A stretch of 64,000 nucleotides of DNA, taken from NCBI RefSeq assembly GCF_023055435.1, contig NW_025963779.1, positions 70,556,001 to 70,620,000 on the forward strand, given 5' to 3'. The position numbers were made by a program, and so were the translations under genes. Below the pieces are notes generated by a model. It worked only from the letters and a program-made list of their open reading frames with translations. It was not told the DNA's origin and made no database searches. Shown piece by piece: positions 1 through 12,100 of this stretch (the stretch's first letter is position 1; the number at the start of each line of letters is the position of its first letter). Origin of the DNA: Haliotis rufescens. Its lineage: Eukaryota.

Positions 1-279
1 TCCTCTAAGTTATTATCCCGTAACTTCAAATTCAATGTTATCTTTGAAAATATGTCAGCATTTCAGAGATTCATGTTTACCATGTGCTGTCATGGTATGG
101 TTTTTGCCATGCTTCGTGCCCGGAAATATGTATATCCAGCAGATCGTCAATATATCTCTATCATGGCAGAACTTTCTTAAAAGAAAACAAACAGTGATCT
201 TTAATCTAAACTGTTTTATAATTAAGTACTTTTAATAGGCAATGGTAACAGTACAAATTACTTTCGAAAATTCGTGCAG

Positions 280-665
280 CTGCAGCCCCAGCCTTTGGTG
301 TCTACATTCCACAACTTTTGAGGTACAATCCAGCATGCTCTTTCTCCCAAGATATCAAAAGGCGTCATTCAATTCTTGCTCAGAAGTTGTTTGATAACAA
401 TTCATGGCCTCGGGAAGGCTTGTAGGGGACATACCAAATTCGACGCATCAGTGAAAAAAAAAATGTCCGATGCTATTCCCTAATTAGACCATTTGTTACC
501 GTGTTTTTACAGGTGTCTTGACTTGCTTTTGCATGTGTTTGTATCGGGTGGCACCGGTGGGACAGGATACGCTCACTTTTTCGCGCACACAAGGTATCAT
601 AACAATTTCATAGTGATTCATAAACACATGCTCAAGATGTAGTCGTAGTCGTACAATCGACTATG
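280..665 (+). mobile_element. Penelope-like (Naiad-type) retroelement 3' fragment
   Basis: Encodes PAFGVYIPQLLRYNPACS...RHSILAQKL (RT C-terminus), followed by the shared 3' region gacgcatcagtga...caggtg...caggatacgc. Confidence 0.65.
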
Positions 666-671
666 AACTAT

Positions 672-793
672 GGGGGCACGGGGGCACGGGTGATTCGCTG
701 TGCAGAGTTGCGTCCCTTAGCACGTCAGAAACCTATGATTGTGGGTTCGAATCCCGTACCCGTTCCCGGAGTGGTAAACGTCTGAGACCTGCA
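672..793 (+). mobile_element. SINE family D fragment
   Basis: ggggcacgggtg...attcgctgtgcagagttgcgtccc...gggttcgaatccc...gtggtaaacgtctgagacctgc. Confidence 0.75.
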
Positions 794-1155
794 TTATACT
801 TTCATAAGAAAGTAATGTCGAAAGCCACCATCTTCAACAGAGTCAGAATTTGAGATATCTGCAATGGGTATTGAGCGTCGGCATCAAAAAGCCGTTGGTG
901 ATATTAACAAATAACTGAAATGGAAGGTGTCATCCAAAATGACTGAGAAAGCTGCGATGTACATGTATAAGAAAGACCCATGTAGGCCAGCGAGATATGT
1001 ATAAATTAGGAACCGAGCAACATCTTTAGGAATAGTTTTAACAGTTATCAATTAATTATCACCATGGTGTATTCTGTGTTAGTGATGATCAAAGCAAGGC
1101 GCAAGCGCAAAACGAGTTTGACTGTTGACTGTATTTGCTTTACGACTGTACACAC

Positions 1156-2357
1156 CATCATCCGACCAGGTATATGCAATGTTCATCTTCATGGTCTGAA
1201 ACATGGCCCCGGGGTGGTCGTTCAACTGCTTGATACTGGTCCTGTAGGCGTAGCGACCACCAGGCTTCAGAGGAATAACCTGGCCCGGACCTGCATCCCA
1301 AGTCTTTCTAAGAAAATAGCAGAATGAAAAATACTGAAATAATCTGACACTTCATTAAAACTTTACTTCAACTGGAACAATAACATTTATGGGTAATATA
1401 GAAAAAAACACTCGGGTAAGGATCGCATAAGGGGCATAGTTATGTAGGTATACATGTACTGTTCCACTTTTGATAGGGACAATCAGATATGTCATATATT
1501 TAAATGTACACATGATATATGAGAAACATTTTGTGTTAGGAAATATCTCTATCAAAGGTGGAGAAGTGTATTTCGATATTAAATCAACTAAACTGCTTAA
1601 TAGGCAAGGGTGATAGTAATCTTGTATAAATTGTGATACAGTGGTTCATGGTTGACATTCATGTGGATGGATTAGTTACATATGAAGCTGGTCGAATTCA
1701 TAACAAAGTAGTTAAAAAACCTCTTGTTGGCCTTTGAAAACATCGGGTTTTCATTTGCGCGCCAAGGACTCAGGTAGTTAAATTTGTAGATTTATCACTG
1801 AGTGAGGAAAGTATTCAGTTCAAGGTGTCATTTTGACGGACCTTTAACGTCGGCTGCGACGTCAATGGTGTCAAGGTCACAGAGTCAGTTAGTTTTAGAC
1901 TCTGATGGTGGCCATACGAGATGACCTTCATCTTGAAAATCTACTGTTTCATATGTGCCATATGGAACCTGGGTCATTGACAATGATGTGTGCCAATTTA
2001 GGACAATCGATTACCATCCAGCATCTGTTGATTACTTATAAAACATATACAATTTACAGCTGAAAGCAGTTTGACATTATGAGGTTACTGTCAAACGTGA
2101 AGCACATTTCAGGTGTGATATCGCTAATTGCTAAAAGCGGCATAAACCCATACACACTGATCTACCTACCTGCCAGTAACTTTCAGGGCACGGCTGCCCC
2201 CATGGACGTCGTCTGTGATTATGTCGAGGTTGATTCCAGATCCTCCCCAGTTGTCAGAGAGGTCCAGACTCTCAAATCCTGGGTTTTTCAATAATTCGAG
2301 TGCAAACACCGATTTTATTACTACTATCAGCAGAACAAGGTAGTCACGGGGACTCAT
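1156..2357 (-). CDS. GH10 xylanase-like glycoside hydrolase paralog A, first two coding exons (signal peptide + start of CBM4/22-like module); gene continues off the left edge
   Basis: Exon 1 2170-2357 encodes MSPRDYLVLLIVVIKSVFALELLKNPGFES...VHGGSRALKVTGR. Exon 2 1156-1307 encodes KTWDAGPGQVIPLKPGGRYAY...IAYTWSDD. Both have GT-AG boundaries, with the same phases and the same 152-bp exon 2 length as the paralog at 6121-20906. Confidence 0.88.
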
Positions 2358-2849
2358 AACTGTATATCAGCAAATCTCACTACTGTGTGAAGAAGAATGT
2401 GCCTTCACTGGTGTGATAGTACAGATAAGGTTTTGATCTCGTTTTTGACATGTTGGACAGATCACCTGATTGTAGACAGCCATTTTATAATGACGCATTA
2501 CACTAGATATATGGTGCGATCTTGTCAAACTATACAGGTGTTAGCATTACATGCAAAAATGGAATCCGGCATATGATCGCCTTTTCTCAGTGCCGCCAAA
2601 CGTCTAATATTCATGTACCAACACTGTTTTGTGGCTGCAGTGAATACCATTGAATATACATTGTACATGTCATGAATCATTTAGATACAAGCACACCTGG
2701 TAGCAGGTATACCGAAATATTTTACCTTTAGATTAAGATTAAGATTCAAAAAATAAATCGGAAGTGATTCTGAGGCATTTGATTGTTTAGCCAAGCAGTA
2801 TTTTAGCATTTATGTTTCCATAAACCGAAATAAATTAGGCAGGCCCCAC

Positions 2850-3560
2850 TAACGGACTGCTGTTTCGTAATTGGCTGATACTAGAGCCTGCTCTTTCTTA
2901 GAAGAATCTTAAGAGCGTCATACGGCTTTTTCTCAAAGGTTGAGTAATCAGGGTTACAACTTTACTTTCAAGGCTTCAGTAAAGCTTCCAAAAGGTTTTA
3001 TGGTGAGACAGGTGTTTGACATTTCCAAATTTGACGCATCAGTGACAAAAAGGATATCCGACACTATTCCCTATTTTGACTTGTGCCATATGTTCCCGTT
3101 TTTGCAGGTGAACAATTGACTTGCCTTTACATGAGTTTGTGACGGGTGCTATAGGTGGGGCAGGATACGCTCACCTTTTCGCACCTGGTATCATGACTGT
3201 TTGATAGTGATTCATAGAGTCATGCTTATGATGTAGTCAGAGTCGATTTGCGATTCCGACTTAATCATAAGCATGTGTTTATGAATCACTATAAAAAATG
3301 ATAATACAAGGTAAGCGTATCCTGCCCCACCGGTAGTACCCGTCAGCAAGACATGCAATAACAAGTAAATTGTACTTGTTCAACGGAAAACAAAGACGGG
3401 ACCATGTGGTACAAGTCAAAATAAGGAATTGCATTGGACGTAATTTGTGTCATTTATGCGTCAAATTTAGAAACATCCCACACATGTCTACCTTAAAACT
3501 GTTTGAAAGCTTTAACACTGATCAACTAGCTTTGGAGAAAGAGTTACATGACGCTCTTTG
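2850..3560. mobile_element. Two tail-to-tail Penelope-like (Naiad-type) 3' fragments
   Basis: The plus-strand copy (about 2850-3260) and the minus-strand copy (about 3265-3560) share gacgcat...ttccctattttgacttgt.cca.at.ttcccg...caggatacgc. Confidence 0.65.
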
Positions 3561-4284
3561 AACATATACACGCCTAAAAAGCAAAAAGGCTTCTGGAAAT
3601 AAATTAACGACTAAGTGTTGTCTGTCGCGCCTCGAAGAACTTCCTTCCCATCGATAACCTAACGGAACCAGAATGATTCTGTTCAATGCTGCAACAAATG
3701 AATGAAAGCAAAATGGAAATATCGTATTTACAACCAAGAAAGGTTCTGCGTATAATATCAGGCAGTATATCAGGAACCTTGTTCGAGGAATGTATCCGTC
3801 AATATGCACATAAACAAACAATATCCCATATATCAGCAGCTGTACAAAGAAACTTGTTGGGTGTCACGTGTCTTATATTTTAAAATATATATAGTGTTTC
3901 GGGATATTATAACTCGTATTCGTTTCCAAACTGATCATGTACGTTTCTGTCAGGTGGTTCACACGTAACGGAATGCTCGCTTCTGATCTTTTACGTAGGA
4001 AAACCGATGAATCGTAGGCATTAACGCCCAGATATGGACGAATTCCGTCTGCTTTAGTAAACCTTCATATACAAACACTTACTTTTGATAAATCCACTGT
4101 GCAAGTTATTAAGCAAAAAACGTATTTTCGGTTAATCATTTGATCGATGTTTTGGGCAACGCATGTTTACAATCTAAGTTTAGATTGAATGCCAAATTGG
4201 AACTACTGGTTGCTATATACCCTATACATCCTCAGAGGCATGGGTGAACGTTATAAAGATTTTTGGCATTATACCTGTAACAAT

Positions 4285-4547
4285 ACCCATGAAGATTCGG
4301 GTTAGAATAGGTCTTCAGCAACCCATGCTTGCCGTAAAAGGCGACTATACTTGTCGTGAGAGTGAGTAATGGGATCAGTTGGCCAGGCTGGCTGACTTGG
4401 TTTGATGCATGTCATCATATCCCAATTGCGTAGAACGATGCCCATGATGTCCATCACTGGATTGTCTTGTCAACCCTCGATCATGGACAGGCTGCCGTCA
4501 TATACCTGGAAATATTGCTGAGTGCGGCGTTAAACAACAAATACCAA
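4285..4547 (+). mobile_element. SINE family B (Nin/Deu-domain-like)
   Basis: accc(a/g)tgaagat...agaataggtcttcagcaacccatgcttgccgtaaaaggcgac...gcggcgttaaacaac; TSD acctgtaacaa. Confidence 0.8.
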
Positions 4548-4601
4548 CCTGTAACAAAATCAACTGAGCATCAAGTGGATGACAACAAATACACTATCCG
4601 G

Positions 4602-5067
4602 CCGAGCCAGCCGAACTAGGCTGTAATTATGGAGTTATTGTTTGGCTGGACTAACGAGTCTACAGATGCATAGTCCAATCAAAATCGCGTAACGAAATCG
4701 ACATCGTGTTCGTAAACTGCCGTGCAGATTTCGGTCGAATGCAGGATTTGCAAAGCATGTGTACCGACAGCTTATCGTCAACAGATATTTTCTAAATCTT
4801 TTCACGTTTTTACTCAAGGCGCTCACATGATCTGATGCACTTCTCGAAGTAAGGCCCGTTTTATTACAATATAGATCTTGATTATCGATCAGATCGTCTT
4901 CACTGGGCGACGCCATTTTATTTGAAGCAAATGTAAGTGATATAAGAGGTGGAATCTCATTGGTAAATGGGAGCGGTAAATAGGAGGGGCATAGAAGAGA
5001 CATAACTCGTAATAACTACTGGTGGCGCTACGATCGAGACCAGAAATTCCAGCCTAGTTTGGCAAGG
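4602..5067. mobile_element. Non-autonomous DNA element with terminal inverted repeats
   Basis: gccgaactaggctg (about 4610) is inverted with cagcctagtttggc (about 5050). Confidence 0.5.
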
Positions 5068-5170
5068 GTGGAAATTGGACTTATATGGTCAGTTAACTCC
5101 CTTGCCTCGAGAAGATGTGAATACACAGGTGTAGGGTGTTATGTGTCATTTGTTTAAATATTCATTGTTT

Positions 5171-5495
5171 ATTCTTGCGTGGTGTTGCGAGGGTGGCTGA
5201 AACATTCTGAGCCTCACCATGATGGACCACGTTGATGCATTTGATTACGATGATGGAATTCTGTAACATTAATCATGTTGCAACAGTCTCTATATAAAAT
5301 TGCGCAAAATGGCAGAGATATTGCCTATGCGATGTTAAATGATAAATAGGGGAGTGACATCAGGAGGTTATGAAATTTAGATGAAGGACCCACAGAAAAT
5401 TAAATTAATTATGTCAGTGCTAATATATTCTTACGTGGTGTTGCGAGGGTGACTGAAACAATCTGAGCCTAACTATGATGGACCGCGTCGATGGA
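5171..5495 (+). repeat. Direct repeat of about 70 bp (copies near 5171-5237 and 5427-5493)
   Basis: attctt(g/a)cgtggtgttgcgagggtg(g/a)ctgaaaca.tctgagcct..c.atgatggacc occurs twice. Confidence 0.75.
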
Positions 5496-5689
5496 GTGAG
5501 CCGTTATTTATTTTTCAACAGGAACCCTGCTGATGTGCATTGCTAAATGGTCGGAGTTCGAGTGGACATTAATATTATGTTATCGTTTGGTATGTATGAA
5601 ATGATGTGTTTAGTAAAACTGTATTCCACATGTATGTTGTCATAGCTTATTCAAAAACTTAGAGACCATTGGCCCAGGTTACATGTTTT

Positions 5690-5830
5690 AAGATGGTTGC
5701 ATTTGTTGATAGCACAATCACATTAATTTCATAAAATGTACGTCGCAATGCTTGGTATTTATTACACATGAGTATATGTACGAAATGATATTCATCTTCT
5801 GTAGATGACAGTCTACAGAAGTTACATAAA
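5690..5830 (-). mobile_element. LINE ORF2 C-terminal zinc-finger fragment
   Basis: CNFCRLSSTEDEYHFVHILMCNKYQALR matches the C..C...EDE.HF..C..Y..LR end of non-LTR RT proteins. Confidence 0.6.
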
Positions 5831-6065
5831 GTTACATGTAAAGTTTCTAAAGAATATATCAAAAGACAAAATCCGTCAACGTCTCCGTTTACAGATGTAA
5901 ACATCAGATTGTGAAAAATGGTTATATTCTGACCAAAAAAACTATAAAACACGTTCTGATTCACACCATATTCAAGTAATTACCTCACTTTATATGTTTT
6001 TATTTATATTAGGGACAATATATTGCTTCATATAAAAAAATAAAGTGAGAAGATAAAAACGTGCG

Positions 6066-6071
6066 TTTATT
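6066..6071 (-). promoter_or_regulatory. Putative polyadenylation signal of the GH10 gene
   Basis: AATAAA on the minus strand about 50 nt after the TAG stop at 6121-6123. Confidence 0.55.
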
Positions 6072-6120
6072 GCTGCTTTCTTTAGTATGAGTGAAACACA
6101 GGAATGTGAAAGCACCGACT

Positions 6121-9100
6121 CTAACCGATGATAGCCCCACCATGACCATCAAGTGAACAACACGTGGCCACGGCCAACACCCCTTGTTCGCCAGTAAACT
6201 TATCTTCACCATTCATGGCAATGCAGAATTCTCCCTTAGCCTGCGTCCCTAGAAAACAGATGAACAGACAGGGCTAGGATGTATGGAATACCTAAACATA
6301 ACAGATTGGTCATGTTTAATTAGCAGTTGTATGAAGAGATACTCATTCTGTGTTTTCAATGTGGAGCTATGTTATGTGTAGATGCAAACACAGAATGTGG
6401 AAGCAAACGCCATGTGTAAGCTTCCAATGTTAAATCTAGTGCAGTTAATTCTACAGGTACACTAGCTATTCATTGAAAACATAGTATGATTTATATTTCC
6501 ATTCTACCCGAACAAAATACAACGCCAAAGCCTTTGGTTGTTAGGATGATAGTGAGTGAAGTAGCATAGGTTGATACTAGTGTTTTGATGGGGTTGCCGA
6601 ATTAAAGGAATCGCAGCCATTAAAACGTTACTGTGTGCGATAGTGAAGCGTCAGTTTCAGTTATATCTCTAAAACGTGAAATATACTCTATAGGTTAACT
6701 TGCGCACTGCCACAATAATTTAAGCATTCGAGGAACTCGGCATTTTGTAATCTATATTTTCTGGCATCAAAGACGGAAGTGAAATCAACTTCTTCAATAA
6801 GAGATTATTGTAATTTGAAAACTCTCGTTGACAATTCAGAATCGAGGTTTATTTTAAAAGTCTAGGTCAAATAAAACGTACGTGTGGTTTTTCTTTAATG
6901 CATATGTTATTGTTCATGATAATGACATAGAAATTTGTGTTTCTGTACTTTCAGGATTTGATGCATATTTAAACCCGCGGTATCCAGGGCGATGAATCTT
7001 CATGGCTTTATAAGGAGAATAAATGGGTATATAAATGCTTCTCACTAGGATGATTCATATGAGTAGCATGAATTATATTATATGATATCCAATTTTCTAA
7101 AAGAAAACAAATACCTCCAATAAATGCGCCCGCTGACTTTCCAAAGTCGGCTCGGACGCTACAGCCAAACAGCACAGTTCCCGCATCACAGGCTACAGAT
7201 GCCTTCTCTCCCTTCTGGAGACTGCTCGGTGTGGACACCAGCGTCTTACAGGACAGTTTGGGGGCAGCACAACAGGCAGCATAAGACCAGGTACCTTCAT
7301 TTCAAGTTATATCTTTAGCTAGATTTTGCTATATTGTGGTTGGATACAAGTCTTGCATTGATGTCTACCATAAAACGTGAGTGCATTAAACCGGTACCAT
7401 TTAATAAAAATCATAGTAATATCCTGATTATGCAATTTGAAAGGATGCTCGTAAAACACTTTCAGATATGTTCAGGGTTTTGTTTCTTAAATCAGACATT
7501 TCAGATAACATTGTTTCTTTTAAAGGACATTAAAGTAACTTAAAGTTTCAACGTTACAGTAACTGGTTCGATAATATCACACTGACCTACAGTAGTGCCT
7601 TCATTTGAGGCAACACATCCCTTTTGATTGTCCGATGGGAAGGATCCTATCATCTCAGAGTCCCATGTCCAGGCCGTACAGCCTAAACGAGAGAGAGTAA
7701 TCACATCAATGCTGTTAATAGATAATATACCATTGACAATTTACATAACAAATTCAGTCGAACCCCCTTGTCACGAACTCATGGTGACGGGAAACATAGT
7801 TCGACTTATCCGGAGTTCGAAACATTCGATTCAACCTTATTTGACTCAGTTGGGTCAATGTGTAACCTCGCCTTCTCGCGTCTCCACACAACGAGTAAGG
7901 ACGTCTAAATGAACATAATCCAATGATGCTAATACACGCCGTAGTTACAACAGATTAACGACAATACTCATCATTCTCACTTAATTCAGTGGGCGATTCA
8001 AATACGAATCTGTCTTTCCTTTAACTTAAACGTCAAGCATTTTACACTGTGGGGATTCTAGGGTATAACAGATCTCACGTACCTCGTGTAAGTTGTAAAT
8101 ATTAGGTGGTCACAGGTGCACCATGAGAGCAGTGTTGTGTTATCTCTGCCATTATAAGATGTAATCTGCAAATACAGTGCTGGCTGCTGTGCCCTTTCTT
8201 TGACTAACTCAAGAAAGACTGTCAACTCACCTGTGGCAATTTCGGAGTTCAAACAAGTTGTTTCCACTCTCGCATCCACAGACTTGGCAGATGGTCCTGA
8301 TCCTCTGTAGGTACACTTGATGTTCTTCGTCTTACAGCATCGTGCAACAGCCTGGAGACCTGTATACGATTAGATATTTATGAAGGATTGGTCGGACAGG
8401 TTTTCTTCAAAACATTCAGTCGCTTTAGGTAAACAACCAAACCTTTCCTACTCATTTGCAGTATTATTTTATTTGCACAAAGTCTTGGATTAATCATGAT
8501 ACTATTGTAAATAAAAGCGACAAACCCTGAGCGTTTTCCATAATAATTATATTGATTGGTTAAATTAGCAGATGGCCCTGGACTTCTGTAGATGCACTTT
8601 AATTACTTGGTCCTACAACATCGGCAACAGCTAGAAGACCTGATATGTTGAGGTGGATTATAAGTCACGCAACTTAAATATATATCCATCTCTGGGTCGT
8701 TTCCAAACTTGTACTTAGGATATTAAATGAAATTGACCATTTTATTGCCACAGGACCACAGCTACTCTGAATTAGACCTTCGCCCGCGGTTTTGAAAGCA
8801 AAGCTGTCTAAGGGGTAATTTCTACAATCGTCATGATGTCAAAGATATTCCTAAGTATTTTTCGATTGTGTCTTTTTATTTTATTACAAGATAAATGCGA
8901 AAGATCTGAACAAATTGAGTGTCCATAATTTATTTGAAAAGGGTATGGTATAAACTCATTCATAGTGCAGAGAAGTTGATTATATTGGTATTGCTTAAAG
9001 GAACTGTTCCTTTTCTTCATACCATCGATTCCTTTAAGTCAGCCCAATACGTCAGTTGCTATCCGTATAACCATGTCAGAAAGAGTTCACAAGTATTAAT

Positions 9101-12100
9101 TTAAATTAAAAAAAGAATTGTATTATAAGCATGCGTTTATGAATAACGATCAAATAATGATGACACCCGGTGTTCGCGAAAAGATGACCGTTTCCTGAAC
9201 TACCGTTGGCACTCGTCACAAATACATCCAATTTCAATTCGAAAATAGCTTCTTTTTGAAACCTTTACTGTAGTCTTGAATGTTGTAACCCTGATCAAAG
9301 AACTTTTGAGCAAGTCATGTGGCGTTCTTTGAATATTATGCTCACCTTCTTTTGATCGCCAACCATTTACCGCTTTACAAGCCACCCGACCATTTTTAAC
9401 CTCAATTTCCTCGCCATCACGATACCACTCTCCATCCTGAAGAAAACCTGATATTATTCTTGAGAAGAAAACCGGTTAACAGTTTTCAATTTCAATTTTG
9501 TGTTGATGTTTGAATTATCCAAATATCTATAACAACGAGTACACTACATGTAAACATGAAACACTTAGTAAAATATTCTGCTACCTTTTCCAGAACAGAG
9601 AACTGATATACATCAAGTCAACTGTCTGTGAAAAAACATATTGTGATTAAATATTTTGAGTTTCTTTTATATTTTTTTTGGTTACCGGTCCGCCGGTCCT
9701 AAATTTTAGAAAACGAAGAAAACAAATACAACACCAGTTTGAATTAGTTGCTCTTTTTTATCATTTAAATGAAGAACAATATTGTTTTCAAAGAAACGTC
9801 TAAATACAAAAGTTGTTAATATAACTTGTCAATGCAAGAGAATAACCAGCCTAGATCTTCTGCCTAAACATATTCCACTTGGCGTGAAGGGCAAATAGCT
9901 GTGGAAATTAAATGAATGGACCACTGATGACCAGTGATGACACCAGGTGTTCGCGAAAAGTGCAAGCCTCTCCTGCCCTAAGCTATCTGCAGAATAGTCC
10001 TATTAATTATACTCAGACACACATACTAATAGTTTTATGAAGAAAATCTAAAAATATATAATTAGAAGAGTTGATTTTGAAACAAACCAACCTTGAATTT
10101 TGTATATCACACCGTACAAGCCAAACGTGGGCAGAAAGGCTGAATTTTATCTGGACTTAGAAGACCACCTTTGTGAAACTAAAGTGCAGGAAAAGGGGCT
10201 GGCAAACCAAGCATCACATTCAGAGAAAATATCGTCGGCATAATTAGAAAACAACAACATTCAATCCATCAATCGTACATATTTGAGGAGTTGGGTTTAA
10301 TGCTGCTTGGATCAGTGGTTTAATTATATCAAGGCCTAAACATATTGATAATAAGTACCTGATGATAACCTGAACAGCCGGTCATCACTTCATCACTCTC
10401 GCAGTAAGCATAAGTAGGCTTGTCATCGCCGACGTCAGAGACTGCGGACCAGCGGGTTACGCACTGAATGTCGGTATTATTAGCATCTGATGACATGTGA
10501 CCAACAATATGCTGGTTGTTATGGGAGACTTGGATAGCATGTGTCACGTGCACGAATGGATCAATAGTTGTTGGGAGTGTCACTTGATCTGAAAAGTTAA
10601 GGAATAAATTTATTACTTTCGTTTGTTTGTGTTCTAACGACTAATTCATCAATAGTCCAGATATATGACAACGATCACCCCAAACATTTTTACTTCGTTT
10701 GGCATTAGTTTTGGATTTATGAAAGTAATTTCAAGAAAAAAATTCGGACTCTTGATGCCCGTCCTCTGGGGACTAAAGAAATTGAAATTGCACGAGCTTT
10801 AAAAAATGACGAAAGTTTGCCTTGAATGAAAATAAGAGTTTATCAACCCCTTCACATAACATCTTCCTTAAAAGAAAATGTCCATGCATTATGTCACCAA
10901 AATAATTATATTGCAATCATGACATATAGGACTTGTCAATACATTGTGAATTTATACACCCAAATGTAGCAATAGTCTCTTACGGCCATCGCCACTGATG
11001 TCCAGGTTGAGTGTGGCATCTGCCTTCCCCAGGTGGAATTCCTGGTACATAACGGGCTTCCCCTTGTAGTTGACTACAATGTCATAGTCTCCCTGGAAGC
11101 CATTCACGGAGAAGGACGATCCATCTGAGAGATTCTTAGCTACATGTGTTGACCACTCCTTCTGGACCAGATCAAAGTAACGTTGACCAGCAGCGTTCAC
11201 CTGTACACATATACAACTTTATTTCAATGTGAATCTCCTTTCCGTCCAGTGTCAATTTTATGAGTGAGTGAGCTGGGTTTGACGCCGTTTTGTTATGAAG
11301 TATTTCAACAACGAAATTATAATTTGGTTTTATGAATTTAAGTTGTGTTTAGATCGTTTTTGGAAATAGTCCAAGTTCGTTGGTCTTCCTTCCCCATGAC
11401 GAGCGAACACGTTAACTGCTTGGCTTACCCGACAGCCGTTATGGTTTTCACTTGGTACAATGTGTGAGTGACCGGCTGCTTTGTTGTCTTATCTGCATTG
11501 GGTGGGGTGGGGGTGAGGGTGGTGGGGGGCGGTCGTCAGATACTTTATCAGTGTGTATCTTATTTATCCTTTGCCTTTGGCCCTGTTTCATTGTTTGTAT
11601 AATGAGTGAGTGAGTGAGTGAATATGGTTTTACGCCGCTTTTAGCAATATTCCAGCAATATCACGGCGGGGGACACCAGAAATGGGCTTCACACATTGTA
11701 CCCATGTCGGGATTCGAACCCGGGTCTTCTGCGTGACGAGCGAACGCTTTAACCACTAGGCTACCCGACCGCCCTGTTTGTATAATGACATATTAATGTA
11801 AGCTAATTTTCTTAAGTTTGGTCAATCAAAAATTGTTTCATAATATTTTAACATTATATTATAAGAGCTCATAACTGTTCATTGGCAATGGAGTGGTGGG
11901 GTAGCATAGTGGTTAAAGCGTTCGCTCGTCACGTCGTAGGCCCGGGCTCAATTCCCCACATGGGTACAATGTGTGAAGGCCATTTCTGGTGTCCCCCGCC
12001 GTGATATTGCTGGAATAGAAGCGAGGTAAACCATACTCATTCAGTCATTAGCAACGTTAAAAAAGCCTTTACATGAAAATGTAAGAATGTGATTCGTGCC

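Noticed and set aside
4635-5003. 122-aa ORF
   Set aside because: Lies inside an inverted-repeat-bounded element and has no recognisable motif or splice support
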